Assembly: GCA_040005235.1 (NCBI GenBank)
Contig: JBDTZG010000032.1
Location: 1 to 57,900, forward strand
Direction of reading: 5' to 3'
Length of the DNA: 57,900 nucleotides
From: Acidobacteriota bacterium
GTDB taxonomy: Bacteria > Acidobacteriota > Thermoanaerobaculia > Multivoradales > UBA5704
A model generated the notes under the pieces. That model worked only from the letters and a program-made list of their open reading frames with translations, ran no database searches and was not told the DNA's origin. Below, in pieces: positions 17,774 to 26,391 of the stretch. Every line of letters starts with the position of its first letter. The stretch's first letter is position 1. A program made the translations under genes and the position numbers.

Positions 17774-17810
17774 GTGCGGGGTCGATCGAGACGGCTTTCG
17801 ATCGGCCTCG
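17774..17810 (+). terminator. stem-loop after rplY
   Basis: GCGGGGTCGATCGAGA...TTTCGATCGGCCTCGC imperfect inverted repeat. Confidence 0.4.
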
Positions 17811-17843
17811 CGCCTCGGGCTTTTCCCTCCCCCCGCCGTTTCG

Positions 17844-18443
17844 ATGCCGCGCCTCGTCCTTGGGTTGGGCAATCCGGGTCCGCAATACCGGGAGACCCGC
17901 CACAACGTCGGCTTTCGCGTGGTCGAAGAGATCGCGCGACGCCTCGGGTCGTCGTTCGACGGCGACGCCGCGGGTGACGAATGCGGCTCGCGGGTCCTCG
18001 CTTTGGGCGATCTGACGCTCGCGCTGCCCCAGACGTTCATGAACCGAAGCGGCTATGCCGCGCGCTGCCTGGTGGAGGTCTACGGCTTCGCGCCGGAGGA
18101 GATCCTGGTCGTCTACGACGAGGTCGTCCTGCCGCTCGGCCGCCTGCGGCTGCGGCGTGGCGGCAGCCCCGCCGGACACCGTGGAATCGAGTCGATCCTC
18201 CAGCAGCTGCGCACCGACCAGATTCCCCGTCTGCGCCTGGGCGTCGGCCGAGGCGAGCGGCCGGCGGGCGAAGAAGGCGCGAACGCGGAACCGGCTCTGC
18301 CGGACCTGGCGGACTTCGTTCTCGCGCCTTTCCTCCCTGAAGAGCAGGACGCCGTGGCCGCGATGATCGAGCGCGCCGCCGAGGCCTGCGCGACGTGGGT
18401 GGCCGAAGGCGTCGATGTCGCGATGACCCGTTGGAACGGTTGA
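17844..18443 (+). CDS. pth: peptidyl-tRNA hydrolase
   Basis: 'GLGNPG', 'TRHNVGF', 'PQTFMNRSG', 'GHRG'. Confidence 0.96.
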   Translation: MPRLVLGLGNPGPQYRETRHNVGFRVVEEIARRLGSSFDGDAAGDECGSRVLALGDLTLALPQTFMNRSGYAARCLVEVYGFAPEEILVVYDEVVLPLGRLRLRRGGSPAGHRGIESILQQLRTDQIPRLRLGVGRGERPAGEEGANAEPALPDLADFVLAPFLPEEQDAVAAMIERAAEACATWVAEGVDVAMTRWNG

Positions 18444-18472
18444 AACGGCCGTTCCAGCGGCTCCTCGCGCGG

Positions 18473-18513
18473 CCCTACTCCGTAGGGTGGTGATGGCACT
18501 ACCCCGTCGGGGC
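18473..18513. promoter_or_regulatory. candidate response-regulator binding boxes
   Basis: CCCTAC-TCC-GTAGGG palindrome and a similar copy CTACCCCGTCGGG 24 nt later, upstream of the DUF2892/two-component operon. Confidence 0.3.
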
Positions 18514-18552
18514 TATCGGAGCTGAGGCGTTGAGCGGACACTCGGCGGCAAG

Positions 18553-18768
18553 ATGCCGAACCTCAATCTGGCGCACTGGGACCGGGGACTTCGCATCGGA
18601 GTGGGCCTCTTGCTGTTGTACGTCGGATTTTTCGCCTCCCCCTCCGGGCTCCTTGCCGCCGCCTGCCGCATCTTTCTTTGGTTGCCGCTGCTGACCGGGA
18701 TCGTCGGCTGGTGCCCGGTCTACGCCTTTTTCGGCTGGAGTACGAAATCCAAGATGCGGCACGAGTAG
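18553..18768 (+). CDS. DUF2892 (YgaP-like) small membrane protein
   Basis: 'NLAHWDRGLRIGVG...LLTGIVGWCPVYAFFGWST'. Confidence 0.85.
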   Translation: MPNLNLAHWDRGLRIGVGLLLLYVGFFASPSGLLAAACRIFLWLPLLTGIVGWCPVYAFFGWSTKSKMRHE

Positions 18769-18814
18769 ACTTTCCTCCGGACGACCCGTGGACTCGGAGG
18801 AGGAAGCGTAGATC

Positions 18815-20176
18815 GTGAAGCTCAAGCGGCTCCGCTGGCTCGCCATCGGCTGGCTTCTCCTCTACCTGGTCGGGGTCGAGGTGGCCCGCAACACCCTGGA
18901 GCCGTATTTCAGCTCCGTCGCCGCTCATCTGGTGATGAATCTGGCCGTGGCGTTCGGCATGATGGTCGTGTTCGGACTCGTTTTCGAGCAGCTGGCGAAC
19001 CTGTACCGGCGGTTGGAGCGCCAGAACCGCGAGCTCGAGGCGTTGCGCACGGCCTCGCTCGCCGTAAACGTCGAGCTGGCTCTCGACGCAGTTCTCCAGC
19101 GGGTGGTCGAGCAGGCTTGTCACCTACTCGGCGCGCGGTACGGCGCGATTTCGGTGCTCGATGCCGGCCAACGCATCCTCGCTTTCGTCACCACCGGAAT
19201 TTCGCCCGAGCAGCGCGACCAGATCGGTCGACCGCCGGAGGGTCGCGGTGTATTAGGCATTCCGCTGCTCGAAGGGCAGAGGATCCGCCTGGCGAATCTG
19301 AGCGCCCATCCACGCTCGGCCGGCTTTCCTGCGAACCATCCGGCGATGAGCTCGCTGCTCGCGGTGCCGATCGTCTGCCAGGGGCCGTTCCGCGGCAATC
19401 TTTATCTCGCCGAGAGCCGGTTTGCCGACGGCTTTACCGAGGAGGACGAGGAGGCGTTGGTCCGGTTCGCCGCGACCGCCGCGGTGGCGATCGAGCTGTC
19501 GCACCTGCACGAACGCCTCCGCTCGCTCGCCGTCTCGGCAGAGCGGCTGCACATCGCGCACGAGATGCACGACGGCATGGCGCAGATTCTCGCCTATGTG
19601 AACACCAAGGCGCAGGCCGTCAAGGAGCATCTGAAACAGGGACGGCCGGCGGAGGCGTCGGCGCAGCTCGCCCAGCTGGCGGTCGCCGCGCGCGAAGCCT
19701 ACGCCGACGTTCGCGAAGGGATTCTCGGCCTGCGCGTTGGCTTGGGCGAGCACGGTACGTTCATCGACACGTTGCGCACCTATCTCGATCGTTGGCGCGA
19801 GCAGAACGAGGTGGAGGCGACGTTCGAGGTCGATCCGGAGATCTCGCTCGCGCCGCCGGTCGAGTTGCAGGTCGTGCGCATCGTCCAGGAGGCGCTGGCC
19901 AACGTCAGAAAGCACGCCCGGGCTAGCCGGGTGAGAATTGCGATTGAGCGTACCGACGGACAGGTGCGGGTCACGGTGGCGGACGACGGTGTGGGTTTCG
20001 ACCCGTCGGCGCTCGGCCGGAGCGTATTTCCCCGCTTCGGCCTCTCGACCATGAGGGAGCGGGCGACTTCCGTAGGCGGTATCTTGCGGGTCGAAACCAC
20101 TCCCGGAAAAGGTTCGCAAGTGGTCGCCGAGCTGCCGGTTGTGGCAAACTCCAGCCCCGAGGGAAGCATTCCATGA
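18815..20176 (+). CDS. GAF-domain sensor histidine kinase (HisKA_3; DosS/NarX-like)
   Basis: Two N-terminal TM segments; GAF 'HPRSAGFPANHPAM'; H box 'IAHEMHDGMAQ'; 'EALANVRKHA', 'DDGVGF'. Confidence 0.92.
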   Translation: MKLKRLRWLAIGWLLLYLVGVEVARNTLEPYFSSVAAHLVMNLAVAFGMMVVFGLVFEQLANLYRRLERQNRELEALRTASLAVNVELALDAVLQRVVEQACHLLGARYGAISVLDAGQRILAFVTTGISPEQRDQIGRPPEGRGVLGIPLLEGQRIRLANLSAHPRSAGFPANHPAMSSLLAVPIVCQGPFRGNLYLAESRFADGFTEEDEEALVRFAATAAVAIELSHLHERLRSLAVSAERLHIAHEMHDGMAQILAYVNTKAQAVKEHLKQGRPAEASAQLAQLAVAAREAYADVREGILGLRVGLGEHGTFIDTLRTYLDRWREQNEVEATFEVDPEISLAPPVELQVVRIVQEALANVRKHARASRVRIAIERTDGQVRVTVADDGVGFDPSALGRSVFPRFGLSTMRERATSVGGILRVETTPGKGSQVVAELPVVANSSPEGSIP

Positions 20177-20832
20177 AGATCTTGATCGCCGACGATCACG
20201 CCCTGTTTCGCGACGGCCTGAGGAGTCTTCTCGAAGCGCGCGGCTATGAGGTGATCGGAGAAGCGAAGAACGGCCGTGAAGCGATCGACCTGGCTCGCTC
20301 GCTACGGCCGTCCGTCGTTCTGATGGATCTCACCATGCCGGAGGTCGACGGCCTCGCGGCCACCCGCGCCATCTGCGCGGAGCTGCCGGATGTGAAGGTG
20401 ACTGTCCTCACCGCCTCGGACGACGACGCCAACCTGTTCGAGGCGATCAAGTCGGGGGCGCAGGGCTACCTGCTCAAGGACTTGGAGGCCAACAGCTTCT
20501 TTGCCCTCCTCGAAGGGCTGGAGCGCGGCGAGCCGGCGCTCAGCCCCGCGCTCGCGCGAAAAGTCCTCGCCGAGCTGGCGCGCCCGGCGTCATCGCACAA
20601 AGAAGCCGAAGACCCCGACGCGCTCACCGAGCGGGAACGCGAGGTGCTGGAGTTGATGGTCTCCGGCGTCACCTCGAACCGGAAACTCGCCAAACAGCTC
20701 GGCGTGAGCGAGAACACGGTCAAATTTCACGTCCGCAACATCCTGGACAAGCTCCACGTTCACAACCGGGCCCAGGTGGTCGGGTTCGCGCTGCGCAAGG
20801 GGATGGTGAGCTCGCAGCCCGACGGGAAGTAG
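20173..20832 (+). CDS. NarL/LuxR-family response regulator
   Basis: 'ADDH', 'MDLTMP', 'GYLLK', LuxR HTH 'SENTVKFHVRNILDKL'; ATGA overlap with the kinase. Confidence 0.95.
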   Translation: MKILIADDHALFRDGLRSLLEARGYEVIGEAKNGREAIDLARSLRPSVVLMDLTMPEVDGLAATRAICAELPDVKVTVLTASDDDANLFEAIKSGAQGYLLKDLEANSFFALLEGLERGEPALSPALARKVLAELARPASSHKEAEDPDALTEREREVLELMVSGVTSNRKLAKQLGVSENTVKFHVRNILDKLHVHNRAQVVGFALRKGMVSSQPDGK

Positions 20833-20837
20833 GGGGC

Positions 20838-20866
20838 TTGCCCCGGCTGCCCTCTGCGGGTAGAAT
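20838..20866 (+). promoter_or_regulatory. sigma70-type promoter for the rpsF operon
   Basis: TTGCCC, 17-nt spacer, TAGAAT. Confidence 0.55.
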
Positions 20867-20902
20867 CGAGGGCTCGCGGCCGGATCGTTCCGGCCCATTT
20901 CC

Positions 20903-20953
20903 ACCCTCTCTGTTCCGCGCCAGGCGCGGGACCGACCCAGGCCATAGGGAGGT
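20903..20953 (+). ncRNA. putative S6:S18 ribosomal protein leader
   Basis: 5' CCCT can pair with AGGG of the SD; inner hairpin CCGCGCC/GGCGCGG; unpaired GCCA before the SD arm; located in the rpsF 5' UTR. Confidence 0.4.
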
Positions 20954-20965
20954 CAGTTTCCCCAC

Positions 20966-21442
20966 ATGCGTACCTACGAGCTCTGTTTCGTCGCCGACCC
21001 TCGTCTATCGGACGAGGACGTCGTGGCGATGACCGAAGATTACAAAACACTGCTCACCTCCAAAGGTGTCGAAATCACCAAGGAAGAGAGCTGGGGCCGC
21101 CGCAAGTTGGCGTACCCGATCAACAAGCTGACCGAAGGCAAGTACGTCCTGATCTTTTTTTCGAGCGAAGGCGGCGCCCAAGGCCTCGCCGACGTGGAGC
21201 GCCGGCTGCTCCAGAACGACAAGGTCCTACGCTTCCTGACCGTCCGCACCGACGAAGATCTGAAGCGTGCCGCGCGGGTGGTTCCGCGGCGCAATCCCAG
21301 CCCTGAGACCGAATCTGGCGACCGGGGTGATCGCGGCGACCGCGACGATCGTGGTGACCGCGGGGATCGTGGTGATCGCGACGACCGTGGTGGTCGCGGG
21401 GATCGTGGCGGTCGCGGCGGCTATGCCGGAAGGGAGGACTGA
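20966..21442 (+). CDS. rpsF: 30S ribosomal protein S6 with GDR-repeat tail
   Basis: 'MRTYEL', 'WGRRKLAYPI', 'VLRFLTVR'. Confidence 0.96.
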   Translation: MRTYELCFVADPRLSDEDVVAMTEDYKTLLTSKGVEITKEESWGRRKLAYPINKLTEGKYVLIFFSSEGGAQGLADVERRLLQNDKVLRFLTVRTDEDLKRAARVVPRRNPSPETESGDRGDRGDRDDRGDRGDRGDRDDRGGRGDRGGRGGYAGRED

Positions 21443-21445
21443 TCC

Positions 21446-21679
21446 ATGGCTCGTCCAAAGAAGGTTTTCTTCCGCCGCCGCAAGGTCTGCAAGTTCTGCG
21501 TCGATCGCATCGAGCATGCGGACTACAAAGACTTGAAACTCCTCCAGGGCTTCGTGCCGGAACGCTCGAAGATCCTTCCGCGCCGCATTTCGGGCACCTG
21601 CGCCCGGCATCAGCGGCTCCTCCAGACGGCGATCAAGCGGGCGCGCCACCTCGCCCTGCTGCCTTTCACCACCGATTAA
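21446..21679 (+). CDS. rpsR: 30S ribosomal protein S18 (Zn-binding type)
   Basis: 'CKFC', '[16 protein letters not shown]', '[13 protein letters not shown]'. Confidence 0.97.
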   Translation: MARPKKVFFRRRKVCKFCVDRIEHADYKDLKLLQGFVPERSKILPRRISGTCARHQRLLQTAIKRARHLALLPFTTD

Positions 21680-21691
21680 AGGACAACCGAG

Positions 21692-22138
21692 ATGCGTGTG
21701 ATCTTGCTCTCCGATCAGCGGAACCTCGGCAAGCGCGGCCATGAGGTGGACGTGAAGCCCGGGTATGCGCGCAATTTCCTGATCCCCCAGGGGATGGTGC
21801 TGGAGGCGACGAACGCCAACAAGGCGTACTTCTCCCACCAGAAGAAAAAGATCGACGACCGTCACTCGCGCGAGCGGGATGCGGCGGCGGCGATCGCGGC
21901 ACAGCTCGCCGACATCAAGATCGAGATCGCGAAGCGGGTCGGCGAAAACGAAGTGCTCTACGGTTCGGTGACCGCGGCCGATGTCGCGGCGGCGCTCGAA
22001 GCGAAGGGTGTCTCGATCGACAAGCGGCGGATCGATCTGGCCGGCGGCATCAAGAAGCTCGGCGACCATACGGTGCGGGTCGACCTGCATCCGGAAGTCG
22101 TGGCCGAGGTCGTCGTCTCGGTCATTCCGGAACGGTAG
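21692..22138 (+). CDS. rplI: 50S ribosomal protein L9
   Basis: 'VKPGYARNFLIP', 'LYGSVT', 'IKKLG'. Confidence 0.97.
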   Translation: MRVILLSDQRNLGKRGHEVDVKPGYARNFLIPQGMVLEATNANKAYFSHQKKKIDDRHSRERDAAAAIAAQLADIKIEIAKRVGENEVLYGSVTAADVAAALEAKGVSIDKRRIDLAGGIKKLGDHTVRVDLHPEVVAEVVVSVIPER

Positions 22139-22177
22139 GCCTCGCAGTTTTCAGGATACCTTCTCGGGCGATTCGAG

Positions 22178-23446
22178 ATGACAGATCGCGTACCGATCGA
22201 ATCGCCCGACAACTCTTCTTCTTCTTCCCGCTCGAATCCCCGACTCGACGATTTCCTGATCGAGCCGACCCGCAAGCTTTCCGATTGGCGCTGGCTGTGG
22301 AAAGGGGATGTTCCATTCCCGATCCGCAGCCATCGCGGTTTTCTGGGCCGGCTTTTGGTGGCCTGGAAGCGCCTGCTTCGCCCGCTGGTCAAGGTGCCGC
22401 AGAACGACCTGTGGGAGCGCCAGCGGATCTTCAACCTGATTCTGCTCGAACAGCTGGAGCGGCAGGACGCCGAGCGCGTGCGCCATCACGACCGGCTGGC
22501 CTATCTCGAAGAGCTGGATGCCAAGGGCATTCGCGAGCTGATGCAGCACAACGACGCGCTGTTTTCGCGCGTCGACCAGAAGCTCGACCGCGTACGCCGC
22601 GAGTCGCGCGATCTGCTCGCTAGCTTGGGCGCCGCGCTCTCGGTGGCTGAGAACGCTGAAGAAAAGACAGAACGATCTGCGGCTTCCGGCGAGCCCGCTT
22701 CGACAGCGCCCTCAGTCGAAGATCTCATCCGGGTGCGCGAAGAGCACGCCTATCTGGAGCTGGAGCGCCGCTACCGGGGCACCGAAGAAGAGATCGGCGA
22801 GCGAATCTCGATCTACCTGCCGTGGCTTGGGCGACGCTCTCCGGTCCTCGATCTTGGCTGCGGCCGGGGCGAATCGCTCGCCCTGCTGCGCGCCCAGGGG
22901 ATCGCCGGGAGGGGGGTCGACTCCTCCGCCCGGATGGTCGATCTCTGCCGCGAGCGGGGGCTCGAAGCGGAGGTCGGCGACCTGTTCGGCCACCTCGCGG
23001 GTCTACCGGAAGGCCAGCTCGGAGCGATCGTGTCGTTCCACGTCATCGAGCACCTGCCGCCCGAATCTCTCGACCGCCTGGTGCGCCTGGCCTACCGGGC
23101 GCTCCGGCCGGGCGGCGCGCTGATCCTGGAGACGCCGAATCCCTTGTCGCTGGTGGTAGCAGCCCGCAACTTCTGGCTCGACCCGACCCATCGCCGGCCG
23201 GTCCATCCCGAGAGCCTGAAGCTCCACTACGAGCTGGCGGGCTTCGACCCCATCGAGAGGCTCGACCTCCGTCCCTTCCCCTCAGCCGAACGCCTGCCCG
23301 AGATCGATTTGAAGGAAATCCCGGAGGCTCAGCACCTACTCGCCGACCGGGTGAACCGCCTACGCGATCAAATCGACGAGCTGCTCTTCGGCACCCAGGA
23401 TTTCGGGTTGATCGGGATCAAGCCGGGCGGCGCCGGGCGGCCGTGA
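22178..23446 (+). CDS. class I SAM methyltransferase with N-terminal coiled coil (glycan chain-capping type)
   Basis: 'VLDLGCGRGE', 'FHVIEHL', 'ETPNP', 'FWLDPTH'. Confidence 0.85.
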   Translation: MTDRVPIESPDNSSSSSRSNPRLDDFLIEPTRKLSDWRWLWKGDVPFPIRSHRGFLGRLLVAWKRLLRPLVKVPQNDLWERQRIFNLILLEQLERQDAERVRHHDRLAYLEELDAKGIRELMQHNDALFSRVDQKLDRVRRESRDLLASLGAALSVAENAEEKTERSAASGEPASTAPSVEDLIRVREEHAYLELERRYRGTEEEIGERISIYLPWLGRRSPVLDLGCGRGESLALLRAQGIAGRGVDSSARMVDLCRERGLEAEVGDLFGHLAGLPEGQLGAIVSFHVIEHLPPESLDRLVRLAYRALRPGGALILETPNPLSLVVAARNFWLDPTHRRPVHPESLKLHYELAGFDPIERLDLRPFPSAERLPEIDLKEIPEAQHLLADRVNRLRDQIDELLFGTQDFGLIGIKPGGAGRP

Positions 23447-24984
23447 ACCTCCTCGACCTCTTCGCCATCCCGCTCGCTGAAACTCCGGCGAAGCCTGCGC
23501 TCCGTTTTTGCGGGGCGGACGGCATCACGGTGTCGTTGTCCTACGCGGAGCTATTTCTCGCGGCGGAGCGAGTGGCCTCGGGGTTTGCCGCTCGTGGGCT
23601 GGTGCGCGGCGACCGGATCGCGTTCTTCCTCGGGAATCGGCCGGAGTTCGTGATTGCCTATCTGGCGGCGATTCGGCTCGGGGCGATCGTGGTGCCGATC
23701 AATCTCGCCTATCGGAAGGTCGAGCTGGCCCATATTCTCTCGGACGCGGAGCCGCGCCTTCTCCTGACCGAACGGGAGCTGCTGCCGATCGTGGCGGAGG
23801 TGGATGCCGACGCTCGGGGAAGTGTCGAGGCGACGATCGCCGCGGAGGATCTCGGCGATTGGCCGGACGATCCGGCTCCGAGCCTGACGCCGCCGATCGA
23901 CGGTTCGGAGCTGGCTTTTCTGCTCTACACCTCGGGCACCACGGGTCGGAGCAAAGGGGCGCGGATCAGCCACGACAATCTTCTGGCGACGATCACCGGT
24001 TTGCTTGCCGCGTGGGCTTGGGAGCGGAGCGATGTTCTCCTTCTTTCGCTACCGTTGTTTCACACCCACGGCTTGGTGGTGGGCCTTCATTGCGCGCTCG
24101 CCGCCGGGGCGACCGTCGAGCTGCGACGAAAGTTCGAGGCCGCAGGAATCGTGGCCGACCTCACCAAGGCCGATCCCGCGTGCCGGCCGACGCTGTTCTT
24201 CGGCGTGCCCACGATGTACGTCCGGCTGGTCGAGGCGCTGGCCGAACCTGGTGTCGATCGCTCGCCGCTCGCCCGGATGCGGCTGTTCTGTTCGGGCAGC
24301 GCTCCCCTTGCCCCCGAAACCTTCGAAGCGTTTCGCGAGCTATCCGGCCACTCGATCCTCGAACGCTACGGCATGACCGAGGCGGGGATGATCCTCTCGA
24401 ATCCCCACACCGGCGAGCGCCGCGCTGGGACCGTCGGCACGCCGCTGCCGGGAATCTCGGTCCGTCTGGTTCGTTTCGCCGAGGATGGTCTTCTCGACGT
24501 GGCGGACGGGGAAGAAGGAGAGTTGATCGTCCGCGGCGGCAATGTCTTCGACGGCTATTGGCGCGCGCCGGAAAAGACCGCGGAGAGCTTCGTCTCGGAC
24601 TCGAAAGGGAACCGCTGGTTCAAGAGCGGCGACCTCGCGCGCCGCGACCCTCAGACCGGGGCGATTTCGCTGCTCGGCCGGAGCAGCGAGCTGATCCTGG
24701 CCGGCGGCTTCAACGTCTACCCGCGGGAGATCGAAGAGATGCTGCTCGGTTTCCCCGGCGTTCAGGAGGCCGCGGTGGTCGGCCGGCCGCATCCGGACTT
24801 TGGGGCCGTGCCGGTTGCGTTCCTGGTCGTCGAGCCTGCCGCTCAACCCCTCGATCCCGAAGCCCTGATCGCGTTCGGCAAGGAGCGCATCGCCTCGTTC
24901 AAGGTGCCGCGCGAGATTCGGCAGGTCGATTCGCTCCCCCGAAACGCGCTCGGCAAGGTGCAGAAACACCTCCTGCCGCAGTGA
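23443..24984 (+). CDS. AMP-binding acyl-CoA synthetase (malonyl-CoA synthetase-like)
   Basis: 'YTSGTTGRSKG', 'SGSAPL', 'ERYGMTE', 'PRNALGKVQK'; GTGA overlap start. Confidence 0.9.
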   Translation: MNLLDLFAIPLAETPAKPALRFCGADGITVSLSYAELFLAAERVASGFAARGLVRGDRIAFFLGNRPEFVIAYLAAIRLGAIVVPINLAYRKVELAHILSDAEPRLLLTERELLPIVAEVDADARGSVEATIAAEDLGDWPDDPAPSLTPPIDGSELAFLLYTSGTTGRSKGARISHDNLLATITGLLAAWAWERSDVLLLSLPLFHTHGLVVGLHCALAAGATVELRRKFEAAGIVADLTKADPACRPTLFFGVPTMYVRLVEALAEPGVDRSPLARMRLFCSGSAPLAPETFEAFRELSGHSILERYGMTEAGMILSNPHTGERRAGTVGTPLPGISVRLVRFAEDGLLDVADGEEGELIVRGGNVFDGYWRAPEKTAESFVSDSKGNRWFKSGDLARRDPQTGAISLLGRSSELILAGGFNVYPREIEEMLLGFPGVQEAAVVGRPHPDFGAVPVAFLVVEPAAQPLDPEALIAFGKERIASFKVPREIRQVDSLPRNALGKVQKHLLPQ

Positions 24985-25009
24985 CCGGAGGGAGTACAAT
25001 CCCACCTCG

Positions 25010-25900
25010 ATGAAACCCGCACCCTTCGCCTACGAGGCGCCGGACTCGCTGCCGGCGGCGCTGGACCTACTCGCGCGCCACGGCGACGAGGCGAAAATCC
25101 TCGCGGGGGGCCAGAGCCTGATCCCGGTGCTCAACTTCCGCCTGTCGCAGCCGGCGCGCCTGATCGATTTGAACCGGATCGGCGATCTTTCCTACCTTCG
25201 ACGCAGCGCGGACGGCGGTTTGTCGATCGGCGCCATGACCCGCCAGCGGGCGGTCGAGCGGTCGCCTCTGGTGGCCGAGGTCGCTCCGCTGCTCGCCGAG
25301 GCGGTGCCGTGGATCGCCCATCCGCAGATCCGCAACCGGGGTACGGTGGGCGGCAGCCTCGCCCACGCCGATCCCGCGGCCGAGTTGCCGGCCCTCGCGG
25401 TGGCGCTCGACGCGAAATTCCGGCTGGCGAAGAAGGGCTCCGAGCGCTGGGTCGCGGCGCGCGATTTCTACATCGGCCTGTTCGCCACTTTGATGGAACC
25501 CGACGAGCTACTGATCGAGATCGCCATCCCGCCTGCCGCGCCGAAGACCGGGTTTTCGTTTATGGAAATCGCCCGCCGGCACGGCGACTACGCCCAGGTG
25601 GGTCTCGCGGCGAGCGTGACGCTCGACGAGGACGGACGCTGCCGCGCGGCGCGGCTGGTTTTCTTGAGCGTCGGCGATCGGCCGATCGAGGCCCGTGCGG
25701 CCGCTGCCCTGCTGGTTGGGCAGATGCCTTCGCCCGAACCGATGGCTGCCTGTGCAGCGGCGGTGAACGGCGAGATCAACCCGTTTTCCGACGTTCACGC
25801 GACGGCCGAGTTCAAGCGCCACCTCGCCCAGGTCCTGGCGCGCCGGGCGGTTGCTTTGGCGGCCCAACGAGCCGGCCAGGCGACGGGAATCCCGGCATGA
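25010..25900 (+). CDS. xanthine/CO dehydrogenase family FAD-binding medium subunit (CoxM-like)
   Basis: 'MKPAPFAY', 'LAGGQSL', 'RNRGTVGGSLAHADP'. Confidence 0.92.
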   Translation: MKPAPFAYEAPDSLPAALDLLARHGDEAKILAGGQSLIPVLNFRLSQPARLIDLNRIGDLSYLRRSADGGLSIGAMTRQRAVERSPLVAEVAPLLAEAVPWIAHPQIRNRGTVGGSLAHADPAAELPALAVALDAKFRLAKKGSERWVAARDFYIGLFATLMEPDELLIEIAIPPAAPKTGFSFMEIARRHGDYAQVGLAASVTLDEDGRCRAARLVFLSVGDRPIEARAAAALLVGQMPSPEPMAACAAAVNGEINPFSDVHATAEFKRHLAQVLARRAVALAAQRAGQATGIPA

Positions 25901-26391
25901 GCGATTCGATGGTTGATCAGATGAGAATCGGAATCACCGTGAACGGCAATAAGAGCGAGCGAGAGGTCGAGCCGCGGCTGCTGTTGTCGGATTTCCTGCG
26001 CCACGACTTAGGTCTCACCGGCACCCACGTGGGCTGCGAGCACGGCGTCTGCGGCGCTTGCACGGTGCTGCTCGATGGGGAGCCGGTGCGCTCCTGCCTG
26101 CTGCTCGCGGTCCAGGCGGACGGCCACGATGTCGCGACCGTCGAAAGCCTGTCGGGAGACGGCCCCGATCGCCTGCACCCGCTTCAAGAGGCGTTCCGCG
26201 ACAGCCACGGCCTGCAATGCGGCTTCTGCACGCCGGGTTTCCTGATGACTCTGCTTCCGTTCCTGGATGAGAACCCCGATCCCACCGAGCCGGAGATCCG
26301 CGCCGCGATTTCGGGCAATCTCTGCCGCTGCACCGGCTACCAGCACATCGTGGACGCCGTCCTTCTCGCCGCGAAGCGCCGCCGGGCATGA
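25897..26391 (+). CDS. xanthine/CO dehydrogenase family 2x[2Fe-2S] small subunit (CoxS-like)
   Basis: 'GCEHGVCGACTV', 'QCGFCTPG', 'NLCRCTGY'; ATGA overlap. Confidence 0.93.
   Translation: MSDSMVDQMRIGITVNGNKSEREVEPRLLLSDFLRHDLGLTGTHVGCEHGVCGACTVLLDGEPVRSCLLLAVQADGHDVATVESLSGDGPDRLHPLQEAFRDSHGLQCGFCTPGFLMTLLPFLDENPDPTEPEIRAAISGNLCRCTGYQHIVDAVLLAAKRRRA

Noticed and set aside
25010-26391. Aerobic CO dehydrogenase
   Set aside because: The diagnostic large subunit is absent, so substrate cannot be assigned.
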